Below, in pieces: positions 25,376 to 36,705 of a DNA stretch of 64,000 nt; position 1 is the stretch's first letter; every line of letters begins with the position of its first letter. Both the position numbers and the translations under genes were made by a program. Source of the DNA: Christensenellaceae bacterium. Lineage in GTDB: Bacteria; Bacillota; Clostridia; Christensenellales; UBA1750. The stretch covers positions 107,282 through 171,281 of the forward strand of contig JAITGM010000035.1 in assembly GCA_031280685.1 (NCBI GenBank), written 5' to 3'. Under the pieces are notes generated by a model. That model ran no database searches. It had not been told where the DNA came from and saw only the letters and a list, made by a program, of their open reading frames with translations.

Positions 25376-27733
25376 ATGCGGGAACGCTCTTTACTGGTAC
25401 TGGAATTTGACAAGATCAGGGCGCAGCTCGGCGCCCTCGCGGTCACGCCGCCTGGCAGGCGCTTTTGCGAGGCCCTCGTGCCCTCAAACGCCATCCGGGA
25501 GGTCGAGCGCGCCCAGGCGCTGACGGAAGAAGCCGTGGTTCTGCTCTCGTTCACCGGGGGCGGACTGATCGCCCCTTTTGACGAGTGCGACGCGGCGATT
25601 TCCCGCGCTGCGGTCGGTTCCACGCTTTCGCCGCGCGAGCTTTTAAACGTAGGCTCGCTGCTGCGCGCGGCGCGCTCCGCCCGGCAGGCGATCCTATCGC
25701 ACGAGGAAAGGGCGCCACAGATCCCGCTCCTGCGCGAGATGGCGCAGGGCCTTCTCGCCTTGCGCGGCCTTGAAGACGAGATCTTTTCCGCAATCCTTTC
25801 AGAAGACGAGATCGCGGATCAGGCAAGCCCCGCACTCGCCTCTTTGCGCAGAAAGATGCGCGCCTCAAACGAGCGTGTGCGCGAAAGGCTTAACGGCCTT
25901 TTGCATTCACTGGGCAAATACCTGCAGGAGCCCATCATCACCATCCGCTCGGGGCGCTACGTGCTGCCCGTGAAGGCCGAAAACCGCCAGAGCGTGCCTG
26001 GGTTGGTGCACGACCAATCAGGCTCGGGTGCAACGCTCTTCATCGAGCCTATGGCTGTGGTTGAGATCAACAACGAATTGCGCGAGATGGCGGCGCAGGA
26101 GCGCGAAGAGATCGAGCGCATCCTGGCCGCGCTCTCTTCCGCCGTGGCTGTGGAAGAAGGCCCTTTGCTCGTGAACGCACAGATCCTTGGGGAAATGGAT
26201 TTTTGCTTTGCCAAGGGCGCGCTGTCGCGCGCCATGGGGGCCTCGCAGCCCAAAATCAACGAAAAAGGCAAAATCAACATCAAGCGCGGCCGCCACCCGC
26301 TGATTGCAAGGGAAAGCGTGGTGCCCCTCGACCTTTGGGTGGGCGAGGAGTTCACGAGCCTGGTCGTCACCGGCCCGAATACCGGCGGCAAGACCGTGAC
26401 GCTAAAAACCGTGGGGCTCTTCACCCTGATGATGCAGGCAGGCTTGCAGTTGCCGGCCGACCTTGGCACCGAACTTTCGCTCTTTGACGAGGTTTTTGCG
26501 GATATCGGCGACGAGCAGTCCATCGAGCAGAGCCTTTCGACCTTTTCATCGCACATGACCAACATCGTTTCGATTTTAAGTGAGGTCACGAGCCGTTCCT
26601 TAGTGCTCTTTGACGAACTTGGCGCGGGAACCGACCCCACCGAGGGCGCTGCGCTGGCCATGGCCATTTTAGACACTCTGGCGGCCAGAAAGACCGTCAC
26701 CCTGGCCACCACGCACTACTCCGAGCTCAAGGCCTACGCGCTGACGCACCCCGGGGTGAGCAACGCGAGCGTGGAATTCAACGTAGAAACCCTTCGGCCG
26801 ACCTACAGACTCTCGATTGGGGTGCCGGGGCGCTCGAACGCCTTTGAGATCTCGAAAAGGCTTGGGCTTTCAGACGGCATTATCGAAAAGGCGAGAGGCT
26901 GGCTCAGCGGCGAGCAGATTCGCTTTGAAGACGTGATTTCAACGGCCGAGGGCGAAAGGCAGCTCGCAAGGCGCGAGCGCGAATTGGCCGCGGAGGCGAG
27001 AGCCAGGAGCCAAAGCCTGCTGGACGAAGTCGAGCGCGAGCGCGAAGCGCTCAAAAACGCAAGGCAAAAGCTCATACAAGAAGCGCGCGAGGAGGCGCGG
27101 CGCGTGGTGCGCTCGGCGCAAGCAGAGGCCGAGAACGTGATCCAAAGGCTCAAGGAAGCGGACGAAGGTGAAAGGGCAAGGGCAGCGCAGCAGGCCCGCC
27201 AAAGCCTGCAAAAGGGCTTGAACGAGCTGCGCGACCAGACGCAGGAGGCGCCACCCGCCGGCAAGCCGCTCGGCGAGCTGCGTGTGGGGCAGAGCGTGCT
27301 CATCGCGCACCTCGGGCTGGAGGCGACGGTGCTTGAACTGCCAGACAGGAACGGCGAAGCGCTGCTGCAGGCCGGCCTGATGAAGCTCAAGCAGCCGCTT
27401 TCGGCCCTGCGCGAGCCAAAGGGCACCGCAAAAACCCAAAAAGGCGGCGCGCAGGGGCAAAGGCGCGCGGTCGCGCCCAGAAGCACCGTGGTTTCGCTCG
27501 AAATCGACGTGCGTGGCCGCCTGCCCGAGGAGGCGCTCGAAGAGGTCGATAAATATCTGGACGACGCCGTACTGGCAGGGCTGAGCGAGGTTTCGGTGGT
27601 GCACGGCAAGGGCACCGGCGTGCTGCGCGACGAGATCGGCAAGCTTTTGCGCAGGCACCCGCACGTGGCCGAATACAGACTGGGCCGCTTTGGCGAGGGC
27701 GAAAGCGGCGTGACGATCATCAAGCTAAAATAG
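25376..27733 (+). CDS. mutS2: endonuclease MutS2 (MutS domain V plus Smr)
   Basis: LEFDKIRAQL, Walker A GPNTGGKTV, a charged coiled-coil region, and a C-terminal Smr domain (VHGKGTGVLR). The start is 25367 or 25376. Confidence 0.9.
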   Translation: MRERSLLVLEFDKIRAQLGALAVTPPGRRFCEALVPSNAIREVERAQALTEEAVVLLSFTGGGLIAPFDECDAAISRAAVGSTLSPRELLNVGSLLRAARSARQAILSHEERAPQIPLLREMAQGLLALRGLEDEIFSAILSEDEIADQASPALASLRRKMRASNERVRERLNGLLHSLGKYLQEPIITIRSGRYVLPVKAENRQSVPGLVHDQSGSGATLFIEPMAVVEINNELREMAAQEREEIERILAALSSAVAVEEGPLLVNAQILGEMDFCFAKGALSRAMGASQPKINEKGKINIKRGRHPLIARESVVPLDLWVGEEFTSLVVTGPNTGGKTVTLKTVGLFTLMMQAGLQLPADLGTELSLFDEVFADIGDEQSIEQSLSTFSSHMTNIVSILSEVTSRSLVLFDELGAGTDPTEGAALAMAILDTLAARKTVTLATTHYSELKAYALTHPGVSNASVEFNVETLRPTYRLSIGVPGRSNAFEISKRLGLSDGIIEKARGWLSGEQIRFEDVISTAEGERQLARRERELAAEARARSQSLLDEVEREREALKNARQKLIQEAREEARRVVRSAQAEAENVIQRLKEADEGERARAAQQARQSLQKGLNELRDQTQEAPPAGKPLGELRVGQSVLIAHLGLEATVLELPDRNGEALLQAGLMKLKQPLSALREPKGTAKTQKGGAQGQRRAVAPRSTVVSLEIDVRGRLPEEALEEVDKYLDDAVLAGLSEVSVVHGKGTGVLRDEIGKLLRRHPHVAEYRLGRFGEGESGVTIIKLK

Positions 27734-27748
27734 AAAGGGGAATTGAAT

Positions 27749-28435
27749 ATGGATAAGTCCCGCGTGCTCATCGTGGATGACGACCCCAATATCGGCCAGC
27801 TTGTCAAGCTCTACCTCGACAAGGAGGGTTTCGAAACCGAGATCGCCTTGCGCGGCGACGAAGCGGTGAACGCCTTCCGCAAAACCCCGCCGAACATCGT
27901 CCTGCTCGACCTCATGCTCCCCGGCATGGATGGCTGGCAGGTCTGCCGCGAGATCCGCAAGATTTCGGCCATCCCCATCATCATGCTCACCGCCAAGGAT
28001 GAAACCTTCGACAAGGTTCTGGGCCTAGAACTGGGCGCTGACGACTACGTGACCAAGCCCTTCGACCCCAAGGAGCTGATCGCGCGCGTAAAGGCCGTTC
28101 TGCGCAGGACGCAGCCCGTCACTTCGCCCGAAAAGGAGCTTGCCTTCCCCAACCTTGTCATCAACCTTTCGACCTATTTGGTCACCTACGCAGGCCGCGA
28201 AATCGAGATGCCCCCGAAGGAGATCGAGCTGCTCTATTTCTTGGCGGGGCATGCCAACAAGGTCTTCACCCGCGATCAACTCCTAGAGCAGGTCTGGGGC
28301 TTTGACTATTTTGGCGATTCCAGAACCGTCGATGTCCACGTCAAGCGCGTGCGCGAAAAGCTAAGCGGCTGCGAGGAATACGGCTGGCAGATCAAGACGG
28401 TCTGGGGCGTCGGCTACAAATTCGAGGTTAAATGA
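27749..28435 (+). CDS. OmpR-family response regulator
   Basis: VLIVDDDPNI...DLMLPGMDG...LTAKD receiver domain and a winged-helix C-terminus ...VWGVGYKFE. Confidence 0.9.
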   Translation: MDKSRVLIVDDDPNIGQLVKLYLDKEGFETEIALRGDEAVNAFRKTPPNIVLLDLMLPGMDGWQVCREIRKISAIPIIMLTAKDETFDKVLGLELGADDYVTKPFDPKELIARVKAVLRRTQPVTSPEKELAFPNLVINLSTYLVTYAGREIEMPPKEIELLYFLAGHANKVFTRDQLLEQVWGFDYFGDSRTVDVHVKRVREKLSGCEEYGWQIKTVWGVGYKFEVK

Positions 28436-29898
28436 TGCCATTCAGAAGGCTTTTTACCCGAATCTTCTTCAATAGCATGCTGGCGCTTTTTGCGGCGCTC
28501 GTGGCGTTGGGCTCGGTCTTTTTAAACTACGTCTGGCACAGCGAGTACGAAAACGGCAAAAACCGGATGCTTGCTGAAACCGAGGCGATCGCGAAATACT
28601 ACCTCTATTGCACCGAAGGCAAGATCCTGCCCTCCGTGCTGATGGAGATGATCAAAGACTCGCGCGTGGACTCCGACGTGTGGCTGATCGGGCTCAACGG
28701 CGTGGCTATTCAGCTCAGCGGCCTGCCCAGCGACCTTGGCCCCAAAGGCGAAAACATCCTGCAGACCGAAACGGTGGCGGCCTACCTTCGCCGTGCCCTT
28801 ACCGGGGGCAAGAGCTTCACCCTGGAAGGCGATTTCGACACGACCTTCGGCGGTGTGCCCATCGTCACGGTGGTCGCGCCGCTTTACGCGCGCGACGGCG
28901 CGGTGGGCGCGGTGTTTTTGCACCGCAAGCTCGATCTCGTCCGCGCTGACCTGCAGGCGCTCTATCGGGGCACGAACCCAGCCATTCTGGTGGCGGTCTT
29001 CGTGGGGCTGCTGCTCTCATACATGACCTCGATGCGCATCACCAGGCCGCTCAGCGAGATGGCGCGCGCCGCCAGGCGCCTGGCCGACGGGGATATGAGC
29101 ACCCGCGTGCACGTCTATAGCACCGATGAGATCAACGAGCTGGCCAGCGCCTTTAACTCCATGGTCGAGGATCTTTCCCGCATGGAGGATGTGCGCCGGG
29201 GCTTTGTGGCCAACGTTTCGCACGAGCTGCGCTCGCCGATCACCTCCATCGCGGGCTATCTGCAGGGGATGCTCGACGGCACCATCCCCGAAAACGAGTA
29301 TAAGCGCTATATGAAGGTGGTTTTGGATGAAACCCAGCGGCTTTCGCGCTTGATTCGCGACCTGCTCGACCTGAGCCGCATCGAATCCGGCGCCTTCCCG
29401 CTCAACGTGGTGGATTTTGAGCTCAACGAGCTGCTCCGGCGCGTGCTCATCAAGTTCGACGGCCGCCTGGAAGAAAAGAACATGAAGGTGGAGCTCGACT
29501 TTTGCGAGGATCCTCTGCGCGTGCGGGCAGACATCGACCGAATCGAGCAGGTTCTATCGAACCTGGTCGATAACGCACTCAAATACTGCGGCCAGTACGG
29601 CTCGCTGAAGATCGAAACCAAATCCCTTGGCAAGAAGATCGAGTGCGTGGTGGCGGATGATGGCGCGGGCATCGCCCAAGGCGACCTGCCGCACGTTTTC
29701 GAGCGCTTCTATAAGGCCGATAAGGCCCATACGGCCGGCCTTGGCACGGGGCTCGGGCTCTCGATCGTGAAGAAGATCATCGAGCAGCATGGCGAGAGCA
29801 TCATGGCCCAGTCGCGGGAAGGGGAGGGGGCCGTTTTCCGCTTCACGCTCGAGAGAGCGCAGACACTCCCGGTAAAAAAAGGCGATGAAATTCCCTGA
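28432..29898 (+). CDS. sensor histidine kinase (2 TM, HAMP, HisKA, HATPase_c)
   Basis: H-box FVANVSHELRSPITSI, N-box LVDNALKY, and G-boxes DDGAGI / GTGLGLSIVKKIIEQHG. It overlaps the regulator stop (ATGATG). Confidence 0.9.
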   Translation: MMPFRRLFTRIFFNSMLALFAALVALGSVFLNYVWHSEYENGKNRMLAETEAIAKYYLYCTEGKILPSVLMEMIKDSRVDSDVWLIGLNGVAIQLSGLPSDLGPKGENILQTETVAAYLRRALTGGKSFTLEGDFDTTFGGVPIVTVVAPLYARDGAVGAVFLHRKLDLVRADLQALYRGTNPAILVAVFVGLLLSYMTSMRITRPLSEMARAARRLADGDMSTRVHVYSTDEINELASAFNSMVEDLSRMEDVRRGFVANVSHELRSPITSIAGYLQGMLDGTIPENEYKRYMKVVLDETQRLSRLIRDLLDLSRIESGAFPLNVVDFELNELLRRVLIKFDGRLEEKNMKVELDFCEDPLRVRADIDRIEQVLSNLVDNALKYCGQYGSLKIETKSLGKKIECVVADDGAGIAQGDLPHVFERFYKADKAHTAGLGTGLGLSIVKKIIEQHGESIMAQSREGEGAVFRFTLERAQTLPVKKGDEIP

Positions 29899-29994
29899 AA
29901 ATTCATGCCTAGTTCATGGCTTTGATAAAAATGCGGTTTATACTCAGTCCAGAAGCAATCAAAGGCAGTTGCCCTTACGAAGGAGGAACCTTAC

Positions 29995-31215
<1,221 letters not shown>

Positions 31216-31238
31216 CCAAAAAAGCTGCGGTTTTTGAT

Positions 31239-31314
31239 CAAAAGCGGGCCGAAACGGCCCGCTTTTGGTTTGCCTTCGCCCGCTTTTGCATATACATGCA
31301 AAAGCGGGCGAAGG
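31239..31314 (+). repeat. two adjacent hairpins built from four copies of one 11-mer in alternating orientation
   Basis: CAAAAGCGGGC (31239-31249) / GCCCGCTTTTG (31257-31267) form hairpin A. GCCCGCTTTTG (31278-31288) / CAAAAGCGGGC (31299-31309) form hairpin B, extended to a 19-bp perfect stem (31273-31291 / 31296-31314). Hairpin B abuts the spmA RBS. Confidence 0.7.
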
Positions 31315-31324
31315 GGGCGTGAGG

Positions 31325-31924
31325 ATGGAAAAGCTCTTCGTTTGGGGCATCGTCTTGGCTGCGCTGATAGCGCTCTTTACGGGCAGCGCCGAGGAAACCG
31401 GCGCCGCGCTGCTTTCTGGCGGGCAGGCCGCGGTGGCGCTGGGGCTTTCGCTGGCCGGGGCGTACTGCCTTTGGTGCGGCGTGCTCAAGGTCATGGAGCT
31501 TTCTGGTTTAACCACAAAGGTAGCGCTGCTCTTCCGCCCGCTTTTGCGCCTATTAATGCCCGGAATCGAACAAGATGCGGAGGCTTCCGAGGCGGTGAGC
31601 CTGAATTTCGCAGCAAATCTCCTGGGCATGGGCAACGCGGCCACGCCGGCCGGCCTTAGGGCCATGCGCGCGATGCAAAAGCTCGCGGGTGGGGCGCGGC
31701 TGCCCACGGAAGCTATGTGCATGTTTTTGATCATCAATAGCTCCAGCCTGCAGCTCGTTCCCACCACACTGATCTCGCTTCGAGCCGCGGCCGGTTCCGC
31801 CGCGCCTGGCGACATCCTGCTGCCCGCGCTTCTTAGCACGCTTTGCACGAGCCTCTTGGCGGTTGGCCTAACGTTTCTTGTGCAGCGGGTGGGGAAGAGG
31901 AGCAAAAAGGGGCGTGCGGCATGA
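31325..31924 (+). CDS. spmA: spore maturation protein A (nucleoside-recognition domain membrane protein)
   Basis: Start at MEKLFVWGIVLAALIALFTG. Polytopic membrane protein paired with spmB. Confidence 0.75.
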   Translation: MEKLFVWGIVLAALIALFTGSAEETGAALLSGGQAAVALGLSLAGAYCLWCGVLKVMELSGLTTKVALLFRPLLRLLMPGIEQDAEASEAVSLNFAANLLGMGNAATPAGLRAMRAMQKLAGGARLPTEAMCMFLIINSSSLQLVPTTLISLRAAAGSAAPGDILLPALLSTLCTSLLAVGLTFLVQRVGKRSKKGRAA

Positions 31925-32418
31925 TCGTGCTCCTGCTGACTGCCTGCGCCTTTTTCTATGCCGCGTTTTCGGGCAAGGCGGTGTATTCCGCCTTCGTCGA
32001 TGGCGCGATGGAGGGCCTGAAAACGGCCGCGAAGGTCGTCCCTTATGTGGCGGCGGCGCTCTTGCTGATCGGCGCGTTGCGCGCCTGCGGCGCTCTTGCC
32101 GCCTTGGGGGCTCTGCTCGCGCCCGTCACGGGCCTTCTGGGCATCCCCGAGGAGCTTTTGCCCCTTCTCATGCTGCGGCCGCTTTCCGGTTCCGCGGCGC
32201 TGGCCGAGCTTGATTTGCTGATCGCTGAATTCGGCCCGGATTCCTACATCGTGCGCACTGCCTGCGCTATGATGGGCTCATCGGAAACCATTTTGTATAC
32301 CATCGCGCTGTATCTAGGCTCTATTCAGGTCAAGCGCAGCCGGTATATCCTTCCTATCGGGTTGATTGCCGGCCTGTTTAGCGCCATTTTCGCAGCTTTT
32401 TTTTGCAGATTCGCCTAA
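31921..32418 (+). CDS. spmB: spore maturation protein B
   Basis: Start at MIVLLLTACAFFYAAFSG, overlapping the spmA stop (ATGA). ...MLRPLSGSAALA... Confidence 0.75.
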   Translation: MIVLLLTACAFFYAAFSGKAVYSAFVDGAMEGLKTAAKVVPYVAAALLLIGALRACGALAALGALLAPVTGLLGIPEELLPLLMLRPLSGSAALAELDLLIAEFGPDSYIVRTACAMMGSSETILYTIALYLGSIQVKRSRYILPIGLIAGLFSAIFAAFFCRFA

Positions 32419-32554
32419 AAAGGCATGCAAGGATCTTGCATGCGCGTGGATTTATGCTATACTGCTAAACAGTACACGGTCGCTTTTGAGAATAAAGAGA
32501 CCAAAGTCGTATTTTCAAGACGGCATGAACCCCGATCCTGCAGGGAGGCACGAA

Positions 32555-33277
32555 ATGTTTATCGACGTATACGCAACCGCTCGAGCGATCGAGAAGGATC
32601 TCAAGGAGCATCTCGTCATCGTGGTGGATGTGCTCCGCGCGAGCTCCGTGATGATCACCGCAGTCGAAAACGGCTGCAAGAGCTTGATTCCCGTGCTCGA
32701 GGTGGAGGACGCCGTGGCAGTTTCGCGCCGCTTTGGCAACGAAAAGGTTCTTCTTTGCGGCGAAAGGGGCGGCGCGCAGATCAGCGGCTTCCACCTTTCG
32801 AACTCGCCGAAGGAGTTTACGAGCGATCATGTTTCGGGCCGCATGCTGGTGATGACCACCAGCAACGGCACGCGGGCGATTTTGGAAACCGGGGAATGCA
32901 AAAAGCTCGTGATTGGCGGCTTTTTAAACGCGAAGGCCGTGGCGCAGTTCGCGAGCGAGGAAGGCCTTGACGTCGCGATCGTCTGCGCGGGCACCAACGG
33001 GCGCTTTTCGCTCGACGACGTGGTCTGCGCGGGCTCGATCATCAGCCGCATCTACGAACGCAGCGGCGAGCACTCGCTCTGCGATCTTTCGCTCACCGCC
33101 CTTTCGCTTTACGATACCTTCCGCGAAGATCTCTATGCGGGTCTGACTGGGAGCCTGCACTTTGAGCGCCTGCGCGCCCTAGGCCTTGAAGACGACCTTC
33201 GGTATTGCCTGCGCGAGGATGTGATGAACGCCATCCCCCAGTATCAAAACGGCGTTATCCGTGCCATGCAGGCTTAA
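32555..33277 (+). CDS. 2-phosphosulfolactate phosphatase (ComB) family protein
   Basis: Start at MFIDVYATARAIEKDLKEHLVIVVDVLRASS (GGGAGG RBS). ...LLCGERGG..I.GF.LSNSP. Confidence 0.7.
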   Translation: MFIDVYATARAIEKDLKEHLVIVVDVLRASSVMITAVENGCKSLIPVLEVEDAVAVSRRFGNEKVLLCGERGGAQISGFHLSNSPKEFTSDHVSGRMLVMTTSNGTRAILETGECKKLVIGGFLNAKAVAQFASEEGLDVAIVCAGTNGRFSLDDVVCAGSIISRIYERSGEHSLCDLSLTALSLYDTFREDLYAGLTGSLHFERLRALGLEDDLRYCLREDVMNAIPQYQNGVIRAMQA

Positions 33278-33285
33278 AAACAAGT

Positions 33286-33321
33286 AAAAAGGCGCCGCCA
33301 CGGCCGTGGCGGCGCCTTTTT
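33286..33321. terminator. bidirectional terminator between convergent genes
   Basis: AAAAAGGCGCCGCCACGG / CCGTGGCGGCGCCTTTTT, palindromic with an A-run and a T-run. Confidence 0.75.
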
Positions 33322-33351
33322 ATAGCTAAGCGATGGGTGAAAATCAGAGCT

Positions 33352-34209
33352 TTAGCCGAATAGATCGAGCAAAAAGCGCGCCACGCCATCCCCGTCGTTG
33401 GAGCGCGCGGCGAGCTTGGCGGCCGCCCTGACCTCGAGCAGGGCATTTTCGACCGCAACGCCGAAATCCGCGGCGCGCAGCATGCCTAAATCGTTCAAGT
33501 TATCGCCAAAGCAAAATAGATACTTGGCGCCGAGCAGCTTCTTCACGCGCAGGGCGCCGCGCTCCTTCGTGGCCTCCTCGCGCATAATCTCGAGCCAATA
33601 GTATGGGGGGCGGTAGGTATCCGGCATGAAGTTCGCCCGAAGCCCCCCGATCCTTGGGATCTCTTCAAAGATGGGGGCGAGGAATTCTGGCTCCATCAGG
33701 CAAGAGAGGTAAAAGACCTCACCATCGAAGAGTGAATCCCAATTCTCGGCCATGCGCAGGCGTGGGTCGCCTTTTTGGCGCACGGTATAATGCTCGATAG
33801 ACTGGCCCCGCGCCGTGCGCAGGAAGCTCACGCGCTCGCGGCCTTCGAGCATGGAATAGCACACAAAGTCGATGCCACGGCTACGGAAAAGCTCCGATGC
33901 GGCCCCATACTGCGCGGGGCTCAGGGGAGAACCCTCGACGATCTCGCCGCCCCTTGGCTCGACGATGTGCGCGCCGTTGTGCGTAATGGCAAAGGCCGAG
34001 GGCACAAGCCCGCCCAAGGCCGGCATGGCGGTAACGAAGCTGCGCGCCGTGGCTATGGTGAAGCGCAGCCCAACTTCCATGAGCGCCTTTAGGCTTTGAA
34101 GGCTGAACGCAGAAAGCCGCCCCTCGGAGTTTAGCAAGGTGCCGTCCAGATCCGTGACGAAGACGCTGTTGCTCGGACTCAGATCGCCGGGCAGCGGAAA
34201 CTCTTGCAT
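33352..34209 (-). CDS. Cof-type HAD-IIB family phosphatase
   Basis: 285 aa. VFVTDLDGTLLN (motif I), TIATAR (motif II), FGDNLNDLGML (motif IV). Confidence 0.85.
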   Translation of the reverse strand: MQEFPLPGDLSPSNSVFVTDLDGTLLNSEGRLSAFSLQSLKALMEVGLRFTIATARSFVTAMPALGGLVPSAFAITHNGAHIVEPRGGEIVEGSPLSPAQYGAASELFRSRGIDFVCYSMLEGRERVSFLRTARGQSIEHYTVRQKGDPRLRMAENWDSLFDGEVFYLSCLMEPEFLAPIFEEIPRIGGLRANFMPDTYRPPYYWLEIMREEATKERGALRVKKLLGAKYLFCFGDNLNDLGMLRAADFGVAVENALLEVRAAAKLAARSNDGDGVARFLLDLFG

Positions 34210-34364
34210 AAAGATCGCTCCTCTCGCTCAAAAAGCTGCGCCTTAGCATAGCATAAATCCTCGTAAAAGCAAAGGCGCCGCGCTTGCGCGGCGCGGCAGG
34301 CGGGCCTATACTGCCCACAAGGGAAAAACCCAAGAAAAATAGGGATGAGAAGGGGGCGAAGCCG

Positions 34365-35216
34365 TTGACGGATCGGTTCAGGACGGCAATTTTGGGCCTT
34401 GGGCTCATGGGGGGCTCGCTGGCCTACGCGCTGAGGGGCTTTAAGGACGGCATAATCGTCGGCTATGATCCGGACGAGGCCACGCAAAAAGCCGCGTTAA
34501 AGGCCGGTGCGGTCGATGCCATCGCGTTCTTGCCCGAAGAGGCGGTGAAAAAAGCAGACCTCGTTCTGTTTTGTTCCGCGCCCAGCGGCATTTTTGCGAA
34601 TATGCCGCGATGCTTTCCTCATTTGAAGCCGGGCGCCGTGGTTTCTGAGATCTGCGGTGTGAAGGGCGAAATGCTGCGCTTTGTCCAACAGCATCTGCCG
34701 AGTCACGCCCGCTATGTTGGCCTGCATCCGATGGCCGGCAAGGAAATCGGCGGCTTCGCGAACGCCGAGGGCGCGCTCTTTCAGGGCGCGGGCTTCATCT
34801 TGGTGCCGCCCGAACCCCATGATGAAAGCGCCCTGGCACTGCTGCGGGCGCTTTCGGCCTATGTGGGCGCGGGGCGCGTGGTGGTCAACGACGCGGCCGC
34901 GCACGACCTGCTCATAGGCTATTCGAGCGACCTGATGCACATCGCGGCCACCGCCCTGGTCGAAGAATACCCCTGCGGCCTGAGCCTTGCGCACACGGCG
35001 GGTGCCTTCCGCGACTGCACGAGGGTGGCGCGCATCGACGCGAAGCTCTGGCGCGAGCTACTGCTCGGCAACGCCGAAAGCATCACACCGCATCTGGATG
35101 CGCTCGCGGCGCGGCTTGCGGCCTTTTCGGCCGCGCTGAAGGCAGGCGATGGCGCGTTCATCGAAAGCTTTTTGAGCAGGGCAAACGAAAACAGGCTCAG
35201 GATCGACAAACTATAG
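34365..35216 (+). CDS. tyrA: prephenate dehydrogenase
   Basis: Rossmann motif ILGLGLMGGSLA, then ...HPMAGKE..G...A...LF. The TTG at 34365 (8 nt after GGGGG) is preferred over ORF-track start 34284; the start is uncertain. Confidence 0.78.
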   Translation: MTDRFRTAILGLGLMGGSLAYALRGFKDGIIVGYDPDEATQKAALKAGAVDAIAFLPEEAVKKADLVLFCSAPSGIFANMPRCFPHLKPGAVVSEICGVKGEMLRFVQQHLPSHARYVGLHPMAGKEIGGFANAEGALFQGAGFILVPPEPHDESALALLRALSAYVGAGRVVVNDAAAHDLLIGYSSDLMHIAATALVEEYPCGLSLAHTAGAFRDCTRVARIDAKLWRELLLGNAESITPHLDALAARLAAFSAALKAGDGAFIESFLSRANENRLRIDKL

Positions 35217-35249
35217 GGCAAATGAGGGCGAAAGTGCAAAAAGACCCCG

Positions 35250-35747
35250 TCAAAGTCTCTTTTCGTAATAGAGCACTAGCGCGCCGTCTTCAATGGCAGA
35301 GCAGAGGAAGCGCCGAAAGCCCCAGTGCAGATAAATGGCGAGATTTCGCGCCTCAGCGGCTTCCACGCCGATGCTGAGCGCCCTGTAGCCTATCTCTTTT
35401 GCGCATTGCTCCATGACGCGCACCATCTTTGAGATGTGCCCCTGGCCCTCGTAGGCCTTTTCGATGCGCAGGGCGTTGATGTTGGCGACGCGCTCGCCGT
35501 CGGCCAGTTCCAGTCTGCCGCCAATCGCGCCGCATTCGGGCGAATACAGCAGCGTACCCTCGCCGATTGGCTCATCCTCGACCAAAATGACGAAGGTCCG
35601 GCAGCGCCCAAGGCGGTTATCTTCCAGGTATTGGGCCTTCCACGCAGGCCATCGGCCGTCGCCCGGGTGCGCTGCGATGTTCCTATCCCAACGGCGGATC
35701 AACTCTGATTCCGTGGCCGGTTTATAGTAAAAATCAAGCTCATTCAT
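35250..35747 (-). CDS. GNAT family N-acetyltransferase
   Basis: 165 aa. ...LRIEKAYEGQGHISKMVRVMEQCAKEIGY acetyl-CoA-binding motif-A-like segment. Confidence 0.7.
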   Translation of the reverse strand: MNELDFYYKPATESELIRRWDRNIAAHPGDGRWPAWKAQYLEDNRLGRCRTFVILVEDEPIGEGTLLYSPECGAIGGRLELADGERVANINALRIEKAYEGQGHISKMVRVMEQCAKEIGYRALSIGVEAAEARNLAIYLHWGFRRFLCSAIEDGALVLYYEKRL

Positions 35748-35824
35748 GCCATTTTTCCTCCTCTTTCAGCCCCAAGCAGGGCCTGAAGGTTTCTTGGGAA
35801 CACCGCCGCATAAAAGGGCTTATT

Positions 35825-36523
35825 TTACGGGCAAACAAACTGGCAGCCCGTGCAGCCGATCAAAGCGTTGTGCCAAGCGGGTTCCGCCCAGGCCGGGAAG
35901 TCCCCGGGCTGCTCGTTGATTAAGGTCAGGCAGCGGTCGATTACGACCAGCTCGCTTTTCTCGCTGAGCGCGCCGCTCGGGCAAGCCTTTAGGCAAAGCT
36001 GGCAGCCCGCGCAGCATTCGGCCCAGGCGAAGGGCTCGAAGCGCGCGCTGTCCGCGGGCAGATCCGAAAAGAAGAGGCTCAGAGTCAAAAAACTGCCCAT
36101 GCCCTCGACCAAAACGGTGTTGTTGCGGCCATTGCGGCCAAGCCCGGCGTGCGCCGCGATTGCCTTGGCCGGCAGGCGCGGGGCGGCGATGAGCGAAAAG
36201 CCGCCTTCGCGCAAAAGCGCGCCCAGGTAGCCCAAGAGCCTTTTTTGCGTGTGCTCAAAATCGACGTAGGCGGCGGGAATATCGACCGCCTTGACCCTGC
36301 CGCCGAGGCTGAGCTTCAGCGTGGCGGCCGGGCTAGGCGTGGCGACCACAAGGACTGAGCGAGCAGTAAAGCCGAGACCCTCCCTTGGGCCAAAGTCAAA
36401 AAAGAGAGAGGTATCCAGCCCAAAGCGCTCGAAATCGAGCTTGACCTCGGGGAGATGGCGGGCAGCAAGCAAGGCAAGCCGGTCGCCGTGGCGTGTCGCC
36501 GCCTCCCGCAGGGCATGAAACAT
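35825..36523 (-). CDS. 4Fe-4S cluster protein related to epoxyqueuosine reductase/reductive dehalogenase C-terminal region
   Basis: 232 aa. CAGCQLCLKACPSGAL and CTGCQFVCP ferredoxin-type motifs, with a preceding HAGLG.NGRN segment. Confidence 0.55.
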   Translation of the reverse strand: MFHALREAATRHGDRLALLAARHLPEVKLDFERFGLDTSLFFDFGPREGLGFTARSVLVVATPSPAATLKLSLGGRVKAVDIPAAYVDFEHTQKRLLGYLGALLREGGFSLIAAPRLPAKAIAAHAGLGRNGRNNTVLVEGMGSFLTLSLFFSDLPADSARFEPFAWAECCAGCQLCLKACPSGALSEKSELVVIDRCLTLINEQPGDFPAWAEPAWHNALIGCTGCQFVCP

Positions 36524-36705
36524 AAAGGGAACCCTCCTTTTACGTCTCTTTCCGCTTTTTCCCTATGATATAGCGCAAAAACCGTCCAGTCAACCGCAAA
36601 AGCCCCTGCCCGCGCCCGCCGGCTTGCATTTTTATGCCTAATCTGCTAAAATGAGATCAACAAAACGATGGTTTTGCAAATACACAAAAGAGGTGGAAAA
36701 AAGGC

